This document shows positions 12,880 to 24,900 of a stretch of 64,000 nt of DNA, piece by piece. The notes beneath the pieces were generated by a model. The model was not told where the DNA came from and made no database searches. It saw only the letters and a program-made list of their open reading frames with translations. The stretch spans positions 222,706,001-222,770,000 of the forward strand of contig NC_086097.1 in assembly GCF_963921235.1 (NCBI RefSeq), given 5' to 3'. The position numbers were made by a program, and so were the translations under genes. Position 1 is the stretch's first letter. The number at the start of each line of letters is the position of its first letter. The stretch comes from Mobula hypostoma (taxonomy: Eukaryota).

Positions 12880-15800
12880 CTGGATTCCATGGCGAGGAAA
12901 CCTCCGTCCTCAGGCTCCATATGTCCAGGGTGAAAACGACTTTGGTCCCACCAAACCTGTGAGATTGGGATGTCTCACCCGTGGTAGCCCCATACTCCTT
13001 ATGAGAACTCAGTCTCCAGCCATCAGTTGGGAGAACCTAATCTTTTGATCATATCTCCTCTTATTTCCTTGATTCTCCTTGGTAGCAGAGACCTCGGCTA
13101 GTTCATAAGCCTTTTGTAATTCTTCATGTCAGACACGAACTTAAGATAGGTATTCTGTGCAAATCTTCCCCATCAGTCCCAAAACAAAGGTCAACAGACA
13201 ACCTTGCTTCACCCCCAAACATCAAATAATTTGGTGGGTATCCAGTAGCTTCATTCTGTGTACAGTTGTAGTGGTGGATCAGGTGCCCAATATGCTGACT
13301 CTATTTGTTCTTCTTCTGATATCCAGGGTTCCAAGCATGTCTAGCAATGTCCAGTTAAACCTCTCAGGCTGGGTTTCACCCAGAGGATGATAAGGCGGAC
13401 TCCTCGACTTCTCAACTCCAAGCATGCTCAGTAACTGATGTATGAGCCTACTCTCAAAATCCCACCCCTGATCACGATGTGCCCATCTGGGGAAGCCACA
13501 ATGAACAAATCACTTTTCCCATAACACTTTGGCCACGGTGGATGCACTCTGATCCTTCGTAGGGAAGGCTTGAGCATATCTGATCAGTGATGACCAAGAC
13601 GTTCGCCGTGTTGTTGGAATCAGGCTCTATGGAGAGGAAGTCCATACCTACTTGATCAAGTGGGCCTGTGCTCTGCAAATGGGATAAAGGAGCAGCCCGC
13701 ATAGAACTGAATTGAATCGACTATATTACTTACATCCTTCAAATACACGAGGAGTAAAAATCTTTACATTACGTCTCCGTCTAAATGTGCAATGTGCAAT
13801 TTATAGTAATGTATAATAAATAGTATGTACAACAGGACAGTCAACATAACATAGAGATACAGTTGAATCAGCGTGAATTAATCAGTCTGATGGCCTGGTG
13901 GAAGAAGCTGTCCTAGCTTTTATGCTGTGGTTCTGTTTCCCGGATGGTAGCAGCTGAAACAGTTTGTGGTTGGGGTAACTTGGGTCCCCAATGATCCTTC
14001 AGGCCCTTTTTACACACCTGTCTTTGGGAATGTCCTGAATAGTGGTAAGTTCACATCTACAGATGCGCTGGGCTGTCCACACTATTCTCTGCAGAGTTCT
14101 GAGACTGAGGGAGGTACAGCTCCCATCCCAGCATCTTCCTCCAAAAAAAACTGAATGCACGACTTACAGTACTCTTCAACCTTAGGCTTTATTTGGGGCC
14201 AGTAGAACCAATCTCAGACCAATCTGCAGGTCTAGTCAAACCCCAAAAGACCTGAATCATCATGAAGTGACATCAACACAATCCTCCGATACTTCTCAGG
14301 CAGAACCAACTGGGAGCGCCAAGGCCTGTCTAGAGGAGACGTGACCCTGTATAGAACCTGGTTCCTCAACTCCAGTTTGTTCCATTCTCTCAGCAATAGA
14401 GGCATGGCAGGGTATTTCATCTTTTCAGCTCGGGCCATATCCCCTTTTGCAACAGCTGACCAGACGCTACCCACACAAGGGTCATCTCGTTGAGTGGCAG
14501 CCACCTCCCCAGGACTCAGCGCAGGCTTTGTATTCAAAGCGGTCAGGTTGCAGTAAGCTTGTGGATTGGCACAACCGGAAGCTTCCAAATGATCCACCGC
14601 TCTATCCTGCCCTGGCCTCGCCTCTGATGGGAAATCAGACATATTGCTTTAACTGCAGGGGCAGGAATGCTCTTCCACTCTCCACCCATTTCCAGCCCTT
14701 CATGCGCACATCGGGACAACACATCCGCATCAATGTTTTGGCTCCCCAGCTGGTAGTTCAGGTTGAAATCATATGCGGACAGCACCGCCAACCCAATGGT
14801 GACATGTGGCACCAATTTCACTGAGGTCAGGATATAAGTCAGTGGATTGTTGTCAGTCCTCACTTCAAACTTGGCACCAGATAGTAATCACTTAACTTAT
14901 TCACCAGGGCTCACTTCCATGCCAGGAACTACAATTTCTGCCTGGGGTAGTTTCGCTCAGAGGGTGGCAGACTCTGGGTGACAAAAGCGACAGGTATCAA
15001 CCCTGTGCCCTGATCCTGTTACAGAACGCTCCCAGGCCCTCTCTTCTGGCGTCAGTATGCAATACATACAGCAATCAGGGGTCCACAAGAGCCAACACAG
15101 GCGCTTTCGTCAGCAGCTCCTTCAGCAACTGAAAGGCCTCTTCATATTTTGCATCCCATCTTGCTCCAAAAGGCTCCGAAGGGCTCAGATAAACTTTACC
15201 ACCTTTTCCTTTCGTCCTCCGCCCGTTCTCCAAACGAGGGAGGGAACCACACAGAAGCTGATTCAAACGGTGACTCATTTTAGAGTAGTGCTTCATGAAC
15301 CTCCGATAGTACCCACAGAATCCAAGGAACGAGTGTAGAGCACTCAAATTCTTGGGCCTTGGCCACGTGGTCACCGCCTCTGTCTTACTCCATCCCATGA
15401 GACTATGCCCAATGTAGTTGACAGAATCCAAGTGGACATATGAACACCATCTTCTCTTTGTCAGCCTCACCCATGGGTACCTAATAATATCCACTCCTTA
15501 GGTCGAGTACTGACCCATTTCGCTCCACTCAGGCAGGCCAGTGTGTCCTCGATCCTTGGGCAGTGTACTGATAGAGAACTGTGCCAATAGGTTCAGGGTC
15601 CAATAGTCAACACACATTCGTACCTTCCCATTCTTCCTCCTCACCACCACTACGGGTGACGCATAGGGGCTCCTGAACTCAGTAATAATCCTAGCGTCCT
15701 TCAGCTTCCGCAATGCTCCAAAACATCCTCCACCTTGGCGGGAGCCAGTCACTGAGACCTTTCTCTGAAAGGGGTGCTCTCTGCCACTCGGATGGTGTGG

Positions 15801-17620
15801 CAGTACTCTTAGAACAACTGTCAGTAGAAAAGACATCTCGAACTTCAACGTCTTCTCTGTCAATCTCCTTTTCCAAACTCCAGGTACTGGGGAGTCACCA
15901 AAGTTGAATGACTTGGCTGTCAACTTTCCCACTCCAGGAGATGGTTTCTCTCCTGCTTTTCTCACAGGAAAACTAGACATCACCAGGAAAAGGTGTGCCA
16001 TTGGCATTCCCTGCCTGAGGGTGACCTCCCTCTCCAAGGTGTTTCTGACAATCACTGTCATCTGTTTACCTGTAAAACTGACAGCTTCTGCAGTTCAAGC
16101 CTCACCAATACCCCAGCAGGTAACCGTGACTCCTCTTCATGGTTTTCCAGAGCATCCACCAGGAGGGCCTTGGCATCAGGGATCCTGGGAAATTTGAGGT
16201 TTCCCGTCATCTTAGCTTCTTCCCCAGGCCGTAACTCGATGGGGTTGGACTGGGTGTACCACACAGTTCCTCGTTTGTGCTCATCATCCAGCCTACGATG
16301 GGCTTGTACTTCTTCAAAAGCATCTCTGAACACCAGGTAAATGGACAAGGTTTTCAGAAAGCTCTGTCCATCTCTCTCCTTGCAGGCTCCCACTAGTCTC
16401 CTCACAGTAGGAGTATTTGTCCCCACAAGAAATGAAGCTTCACCCTTCTCAACCGGGTCCAGATAAACCAACACTAATCTACCAAGGACCTCAGCTACTC
16501 CCACATCTGCCTCCAAAAACTCCAGCTTCAATGACAAGTAGCCGTCACATGGGTAATCATCAGTATCAAGTCCCCAGAGCTCTAGGGCACAGAGTGGCGT
16601 CAATGGTAAATGTGTCAAATACCGGTTGTAGAAGGATCTGTGCAGCAGAGTAACCTGAGAACCTGTGTCAAGTGTGGCTGTAGTATAAATATCCTTGATC
16701 CAAAGGGATACACTGGAGCTTGGCCCCACTAGGCCTTCAGGAATAGGGTTTTGCACTTTCGTGTTTTCCTTGATACATTGATTGGAACATGCTCCCTCCC
16801 AAGACGCCAGACCGTTTCCTCACTGGGTCTCTCTGAGGTTTCCCGACGTCCTTTGTTGTTTAAGTAACCATTGGTTCACTTTTTAAAGGTTTTCTCAATC
16901 TGCACACTCCTGCCTGAAGTGCCCTTCCTCACCACAGTTGAAACAAATAAAACCAGTTGCTCCCCTTTTCAAAGGACCCTGTTCAGTAGCAGCCCTCTGC
17001 TTAGATCGTCCTACCAGTGGTTTCCGCACTCTATCCACTTTGTTCTGCTTGGTGGCAGCACCAGCCAATATCAACGGAGACCCCTTAGCTCTCAAATCTT
17101 TCACGAAATCCTGTAAAACCCCTGCCCGTGGGACATTAAGGGTCACTTCAGCAACAAAAGCTACTACCGAGGTCTGTGCCCTGCTGAACTGAAGCCACTT
17201 TACTGCTCAAGCAGCTCCGCTGGTTTTGGCCACGTGTCTCACATGGACAGCACCAGGTCACCGAAAGCAGTACTCTACAGAGATTCCTCTGAGGGCAAGA
17301 GAGATCATGGTGCCCGCACAAGAGGTACAAAGACCAACTTAAGCAACAGCTCTCTCACGCAAATATCGTGGTCAACAAGTGACAGCAGCTGGCTTGTGAC
17401 AGGGACTGCTGGAGAAAGCTGAACCATGGAGCAGCCAAGAATTTTGAGGAATCCGCAACAGCAACTATTGAAGAGAAGAGGAGACGCAGGAAGGATCCTA
17501 CTACCCAAGCGCCCACATCCCAGCTGTTCCTGTGTCCCTCCTGCTCCCGAGTCTGTAGATCCAGAATTGGCACCTGCAGTCACCAGTGATCGTGCTGTCA
17601 CTCCTGAGCACTCTTCTTCT
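12880..17620 (-). mobile_element. Degenerate Ty3/Gypsy LTR retrotransposon internal region (gag-PR-RT-RH-IN)
   Basis: CCHC knuckle CFNCGEEGHFRQEC (~16900); protease LDTGSQVT; RT SPYASPVVVVRRKNGKVRMCVDY; SFLGFCGYYRRF; RTDNNPLTY; integrase LHDDSG and GMDFL..VLVITD. Many frameshifts; no LTR pair recognised. Confidence 0.9.
13702..14130 (-). mobile_element. Rex1/Babar-type 3' fragment nested in the Gypsy integrase
   Basis: (ttcaa)n-like tail; same subfamily tail as 29728-29970. Confidence 0.7.
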
Positions 17621-18029
17621 CTTTTGATCTACACAAGTGAAGAACCAGCCATCATCATCAGCAAAATATTAAGTACACAACACTCCTCCCTACTTGGCTA
17701 TAAACTCCAAATCAATATAGAATGCATTTCATCTATATGCACAGTATACTATATAATACAGCCACTATACAGACATCCACAGCATAGTCAGTTTTAAATT
17801 GTCCCATTCAGGCCTGAAGATTTAATTGTTGTGGAGGAATTTTTTACTCCTATGGGATAATGTCTTTCCAGGATCTGGGGCTCCTCCATGGTGTTTGTAG
17901 GAAGTGGCTCTAACAGCTCGACACGTTTCTTCTCCTTCCCTTTTCTTCTAGTTTGTGTATCTTGATCCTGAGAAAGTCCATTTAGTTCATTAATTAATCT
18001 TTCTATTGCTCCTTTTCCAATTTCATATC

Positions 18030-19670
18030 TCCATTGACTCTTTTCTTTTTGGCCTTCCATTCATCCAGCTGGGCTTTGGTCTTTGCTTCAACTTTTACAA
18101 CCAGCTTTTCTCTCCCACTTGAAGTTCATGCAAAAACTTTAATGCGCACTGAGAAGATTCTGGTTCTTTATACTCACAAAAGCCACACGGTGCTTGCAAC
18201 TTTCCTGAAGCTCCTTGAACACTCTTCTAGCTTAAAACCAAGCCACATTTTGCATATCAGAGGCATTTTCAGATTTGCTACCTACAAAAGCTGTTGTAGT
18301 CGGACCATAGCTTTCATCACCTTCACACTTCCTCTTATCTGCATGGTCCTTCCTTGGTCCAATATGCTTTCCAACCAGAGGCACAGAGGTTGGCACCAAC
18401 ATCTGATAGGCAACAGTTCAAGGTGTACAGCATGGAGACAGTTGTGACATGATCCAGTACTTTTGCTGATTCACTTTTAGTTGACTCTATCAGAGCAGAT
18501 GTGGCGTACAAATGTGGATGGATCTCCAATCAAGTTGTAGCTGTATCAGCTACTCACATCCCCTCAATGCTGGCCCTCCTGTCTTTACCACATACAAGCC
18601 CAATTTGGCTTGTCGGTTATTGTATTCATTGTTACAAATGTCATTCCACAGGAGTTACCTTTTCTCCAGTTTAAGTTCTTAGTTGAATATCTGCAGGCTT
18701 CAGTTTGATATCTTTAAAGTGCCATTCAAACTCATTTTGTGGAATAGCTGAAACAGTCAAATCAGTGTCCAATTGCATTTTAATTAATTTGTTGTTCTAT
18801 TCTGGTATAAGCCATGTTGCTACTTTTCACACTGTAAATCTCAAGGCAATACAGTCCTGTGTCACTCTTATCAGAGTTGGGTTTTACTTCACCAGCCTGC
18901 AATTTAGTGCTCTTTTTGAAACTGCAACTTCGCTTTTTATCTTTTTCTCTTCCCTGAGCAGTCCATTTATTTTTGTCTGCGTGACGTGTGTCCTACTTTG
19001 TTGCATTTTCTGCAAGTTTTGCCGTTAATTAAACCTGCATTGGTCTGGTGTATGTGAGCTCCTTCCTCAATGGTAACACAATTCCTTTTCGGCCAGGTGG
19101 GTTTCAGATTTGACATTGCAATTTTGCTCATGCCCACTTTCATTCCTGACTACAACTCATTTGCATCTCTGTCTCCTGCCTCCGTTGATACAGCAACTTC
19201 AACTGCAATTTCAATATGTGTTGTGCTTCCAATAAAAGCCAATTTTGAATGTGTCACTAGGATCCCACAAACTAAATAATCCCTCAGTGTATCATTAGGC
19301 CTCTCACTTTTTTGACAACACTCAGACAAATTTCTTCAGTTCAGCCATGTATGCTGAAATGGACTCCCTTTCTTTTTGATTCGCTTATGTATTCAACAAC
19401 CAAAAATGGTTTCAGTTGTAGGTGTTCCTGCATTACTTTCACAATATCAGCAAAGTTTATTTCAGCTGGTTTGGTTGCAGCAGTAAACCTTCTAAGCCAA
19501 CTGTATGTTTTTTCCACTCAATGCACTCAGGAAAACTAGCATACACTTCTCATTGGCTATTTCATTTACCTCAAAACACTGCTCAATTTGTTCAGTGTAT
19601 GGTACCTGAGCCAGTTATCCGTAGTGCAATTGAACACATCTATTTTTCCCACATAGCCAGCCATTTCAGC
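18030..19670 (-). mobile_element. Second, unrelated degenerate Gypsy element (gag, knuckle, protease, pol remnants)
   Basis: MAGYVGKIDVF..., SISAYMAELKK, NDTLRDYLVCGI, CRKCNKVGH, MQLDTD..SAIP on the minus strand, with stops and frameshifts. Confidence 0.7.
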
Positions 19671-19990
19671 TTTTTTATAATGATTTTTTTTAAATAATTA
19701 TTCCTTCTGAGGCTGTATTACCTATTCTTCCCACCCATCACCACTTCACTTTGGATGCCTTTTGGATCTCTGACTAGAATCACTGCTCACTACTCTATGA
19801 GGCTACCCGCATTTTCCCAAGCTCTAGGTCTTGAGGTTCTATCAATTGAATTTCTCCTCTTCCCAGACCATTGTCAACCATCCCCCTTTGACACCGTGAT
19901 TTGAGCTCCTCAGCCTGCCCTACAATAACAGGAGAAAGATAGCTTTGCACATTTTTCATGAAAAGTCAATTCTGCTTTGAATAATACCTT

Positions 19991-21733
19991 AACAACAGGA
20001 ATTCTGCAGATGCTGGAAATTCAAGCAACATACATCAAAGTTGCTGGTGAACGCAGCAGGCCAGGCAGCATCTATAGGAAGAGGCGCAGTCGACGTTTCA
20101 GGCCGAGACCCTTCGTCAGGACTAACTGAAGGAAGAGTGAGTAAGGGATTTGAAAGCTGGAGGGGGAGGGGGAGATGCAAAATGATAGGAGAAGACAGGA
20201 GGGGGAGGGATGGAGCCGAGAGCTGGACAGGTGATAGGCAGAAGGGGATACGAGAGGATCATGGGACAGGAGGTCCGGGAAGAAAGACGGGGGGGGGGTG
20301 ACCCAGAGGATGGGCAAGAGGTATATTCAGAGGGACAGAGGGAGAAAAAGGAGAGTGAGAGAAAGAATGTGTGCATTAAAAAGAGTAACAGATGGGGTAC
20401 GAGGGGGAGGTGGGGCCTAGCGGAAGTTAGAGAAGTCAATGTTCATGCCATCAGGTTGGAGGCTACCCAGACGGAATATAAGGTGTTGTTCCTCCAACCT
20501 GAGTGTGGCTTCATCTTTACAGTAGAGGAGGCCGTGGATAGACATGTCAGAATGGGAATGGGATGTGGGATTAAAATGTGTGGCCACTGGGAGATCCTGC
20601 TTTCTCTGGCGGACAGAGCGTAGATGTTCAGCAAAGCGGTCTCCCAGTCTGCGTCGGGTCTCACCAATATATAAAAGGCCACATCGGGAGCACCGGACGC
20701 AGTATATCACCCCAGTCGACTCACAGGTGAAGTGATGCCTCACCTGGAAGGACTGTTTGGGGCCCTGAATGGTGGTAAGGGAGGAAGTGTAAGGGCATGT
20801 GTAGCACTTGTTCCGCTTACACGGATAAGTGCCAGGAGGGAGATCAGTGGGGAGGGATGGGGGGGACGAATGGACAAGGGAGTTGTGTAGGGAGCGATCC
20901 CTGCGGAATGCAGAGAGAGGCGGGGAGGGAAAGATATGCTTAGTGGTGGGATCCCGTTGGAGGTGGCGGAAGTTACGGAGAATAATATGTTGGACCCGGA
21001 GGCTGGTGGGGTGGTAGGTGAGGACCAGGGGAACCCTATTCCTAGTGGGGTGGTGGGAGGATGGAGTGAGAGCAGATGTACATGAAATGGGGGAGATGCG
21101 TTTAAGAGCAGAGTTGATAGTGGAGGAAGGGAAGCCCCTTTCTTTAAAAAATGAAGACATCTCCCTCGTCCTAGAATGAAAAGCCTCATCCTGAGAGCAG
21201 ATGCGGCGGAGACGGAGGAATTGCGAGAAGGGGATGGCGTTTTTGCAAGAGACAGGGTGAGAAGAGGAATAGTCCAGATAGTTGTGAGAGTCAGTAGGTT
21301 TATAGTAGACATCAGTGGATAAGCTGTCTCCAGAGACAGAGACAGAAAGATCTAGAAGGGGGAGGGAGGTGTCAGAAATGGACCAGGTAAACTTGAGGGC
21401 AGGGTGAAAGTTGGAGGCAAAGTTAATAAAGTCAACGAGTTCTGCATGCGTGCAGGAAGCAGCGCCAATGCAGTCGTCGATGTAGCGAAGGAAAAGTGGG
21501 GGACAGATACCAGAATAGGCACGGAACATAGATTGTTCCACAAACCCAACAAAAAGGCAGGCATAGCTAGGACCCATACGGGTGCCCATAGCTACACCTT
21601 TAGTTTGGAGGAAATGGGAGGAGGAAAAGGAGAAATTATTAAGAGTAAGGACTAATTCTGCTAGACGGAGCAGAGTGGTGGTAGAGGGGAACTGATTAGG
21701 TCTGGAATCCAAAAAGAAGCGTAGAGCTTTGAG
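19991..21733 (-). mobile_element. Young 5'-truncated Penelope-like element (RT + GIY-YIG endonuclease) with a 10-bp TSD
   Basis: Open ORF with GVAMGTRMGPSYA, RYIDDC and GVIYCVRCSRCGLLYIGETRRRL..RF.EH. TSD ATAATACCTT at 19981-19990 and 21734-21743. Confidence 0.95.
20088..20123 (-). ncRNA. Minimal type I hammerhead ribozyme in the Penelope 3' end
   Basis: AGUC CUGACGA AGG-GUCUCGG-CCU GAAA CG UC|GACU: intact core, stems I and II, palindromic ACGU in place of stem III. Confidence 0.8.
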
Positions 21734-21905
21734 ATAATACCTTGGGCCTTTTGGAGCATGAGGCAATTGTGCATGCTATAAAATTCTGAATGGCTTTAAA
21801 AGTCAACTTGCACATTTAAGATAACAGTGTTATTGTATTTTACAGCAGGAAGAAGGCATTCCAGTCACAATACTCCATTAGGAGTTCAAGGACATTTGAT
21901 ATGTC

Positions 21906-24900
21906 CCAGAGTTCCATCATACTCGTCTAAGTTAGATAAACCTCGTCATGTCATCTTACGCTTTCATTACTTTCAGGACAAGGAGAAACTGCTTCATTTC
22001 GTTCGATCTAAAGGTTACATTGATTTTTTGGATCTTAAGTTCCGATTTGTGGAGGATTTCAGTAAACCAATTCGGGATCAACGGGTTCGTTACAGATCTG
22101 TGATGTCGGAACTCTACAAGATGGATTTAAAACCAGCGCTGCTTTACCCTGCACATCTAAGGATTCGTACGTTGGATGGAGCCCTCCGTTTTTTTGAATC
22201 TCCATCGGATGCCCAGAGTTATCTGGATCAATTTTCACCTTCAACATCTTAATCATAATTTTTAACTATCTCCGTTTGATCGGACGTTGTGAATTTGTCA
22301 GTTTTAATTTTTTTTTGCCTTATATGGGCAGAAAAGTTTATTTCTGATTAATTAATATGGTTGCTAAACTTTCTTTTTATCTGCGTCATTCCTTTCTTTT
22401 TCCCAGGGGATTCTGGGTGGTTATTCCCTCACCGTCATTCTACGTATTTCCTTTGAGGCCTTAAATTTTGTAGTTTTTAAATTTACTTCTTTTTGTAGGT
22501 TTTCATAACTAGTTTATGTTAATAATCTCATTTCTTTTTTTGTTTACTCATAGGGTCTGGGGTTTGTTGCGGTTTTTTTTTATATTTTCTGGCTTTTTCT
22601 CTGTTATGTTAAGTGTTTGTTTTAATTGATTTACCTTTTTTTATTCTTTTACTGTTTTATAACTAGCTGATCTTTTTTATATTTACACTTTTTTTAGGGA
22701 GCGTCTATCGGAAGTCATGGGGGTAGTTTTAGTGCTTGCTTCTTTCTGGCTGGTCTGTGTTAGATTTAGCCTTGGACCATGGGGTGGGGGGTGGTGGGAG
22801 GGGCTTCACGTTTTAGTTTCTTTCTTCTTGGGCTATGTACACTATTGAAGTATTGGTTGCATTCTCCTTCCCGGTATCTCTTATTTGTTCTGTTCCCTTT
22901 CCGGGTTCATGGGTCGAGCCTATCGTCAATCCTCCTTGTTGCGGGTTGACTTTAGGGTTTATGGAGTCTATTATTAATTTTGTCTCCTGGAATACTAATG
23001 GTCTTAATCATCCTATTAAAAGGAAAAAAGTTTTTAAAGTGTTCCGGAGACTTAAAGCACAAATTTTATTTTTACAAGAGACCCATGTGCGGAGGGGGGA
23101 CAGACTACGTTTTTTTAAATTCTGGAAGGTTCAACAGTTTCATTCAAACTCCAAGGCTAAGATTCGAGGCGTCTCTATTTTTATAGACTCCTCAGTTACT
23201 TTTATACAACATGATATTATTTCTGATCCGAATGGTAGATTTCTACTGGTTAGTGGTCTACTATTTAATAAAAAGGTAGTTTTGGTTAATGTTTATGCTC
23301 CTAATATGGACTGTCCGGAATTTTATAAATCATTATTCAATCAGTTCCCAAATTTGAATGAGTTTTCATTGATCTGGGGCGGAGATCTTAATACCTGTTT
23401 ATCTCCAGCTTTGGACCGTTCGGCTCCTCTACGGACCTTACCTAATAAATCTGCAACTTTGATTAATTCATTCCTCTCTGATTCTGGGTCGACGGACATT
23501 TGGCGTTTTCTGCATCCTCAGGAAAAAGATTTTTCTTTTTTTTCACATGTTCACCATTCCTATTCAAGAATTGATTATTTCTTTATTGACTCTCGTCTTA
23601 TTTCTTCAGTGATTAAATGTGATTATGACTCTATAACCATTTCGGATCATGCTCCACTTAAGCTTTCTATTGAAATTCTGGCCAATACACAAAATAATAG
23701 ACAAAGGCGTTTTAATTCGCTGTTGCTTCAGGACCCGGACTTTGCTAACTTTATGAATGAACAGATTGATTTTTTTTTTACAATCAACTATGCAGAGGAT
23801 ATTTCTGTGAACATTCTTTGGGATACTTTTAAAGCTTATATTCGTGGTCAGATTATCTCGTATTCTGCTGCTTTGAGGAAGAAGCTGAAGCAGGAGGAGT
23901 TGGTAATTGTGGACAAGATTAAGGAAGTTGATAAGAAATATGTTATAGCTCCCTCTGAGGAGTTATATAAACAAAGAACTGAACTTCAAATGGAACACAG
24001 TTTATTACTTTCGTCCTCGATTGTAAACCAATTAAAGAAAACAAGAAGTGAATTTTATGTACACAGTGACAAAATTGGCAAACTGTTGGCTAATCAATTG
24101 AAGTCTAATTATGCTAAATCTCAAATTAATCAGATTTATAACCAAAATGACCGACTGATACTTGATCATGCGGGGATTAATCAAACCTTCTGTGATTTTT
24201 ATTCTTCCTTATATCAATCAGAGTCTCCTCGAGACTCTAAATATATGAATGATTTTTTAGATAACCTAGACTTCCCTGAGATTTCACAGGATATGTCTTC
24301 TATGTTAGATACTCCCATTACCACTGATGAGATTAAGAATGTTATTTCCTCTATGAATTTGGGGAAAGCTCCTGGCCCTGATGGGTTTACCATAGAATTT
24401 TATAAATGTTTTGCACCTTCATTAATCCCTCGGTTCTGTAGGGTTTTTGAGGCTTCATTAAAACTTGGTAAACTTCCCGAATCTTTCAATAGAGCGTCAA
24501 TCTCTCTAATATTAAAGAAGGATAAAGATCCTGCTCAATGTGCATCTTATAGACCAATATCTTTATTAAATGTTGATTCTAAAGTTTTTTCTAAGTTATT
24601 AGCAAACAGATTAGAAAAAGTACTTCCTTTTATTATTTCGGAAGACCAAACGGGTTTTATTAAAGGTCATTACTCTTTTTATAACATTCGCACACTGTTA
24701 AATATTGTTTATACCCCCTCACAAAATGTTCCTGAGTGTGTTATCTCTTTAGATGCTGAGAAAGCTTTTGATAGAGTAGAATGGCCTTACTTATTTAAGG
24801 TGCTTGAAATGTTTAATTTTAGCTCGAAATTTATATCCTGGATCAAACTGTTATATCATTCTCCTGTGGCCTCGGTCCGTACCAACTCTCTAAGCTCACC

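Larger units (their letters stand above)
908..21774 (-). other. Speculative 7-exon ORF (136 aa, unidentified). Exons 21774-21741, 19919-19807, 10569-10496, 10256-10217, 7554-7495, 2761-2746, 981-908
   Basis: All segments have AG/GT boundaries, lie in TE-free islands and join in frame (411 nt including stop). Some donors are weak and were chosen by hand; no homologue recognised. Confidence 0.3.

Noticed and set aside
12620..12880. Gypsy LTR
   Set aside because: No matching second copy or TG..CA ends were found.
21734..21766. Start codon of the 449-aa Penelope ORF
   Set aside because: The first residues come from the TSD and flank; the element is 5'-truncated.
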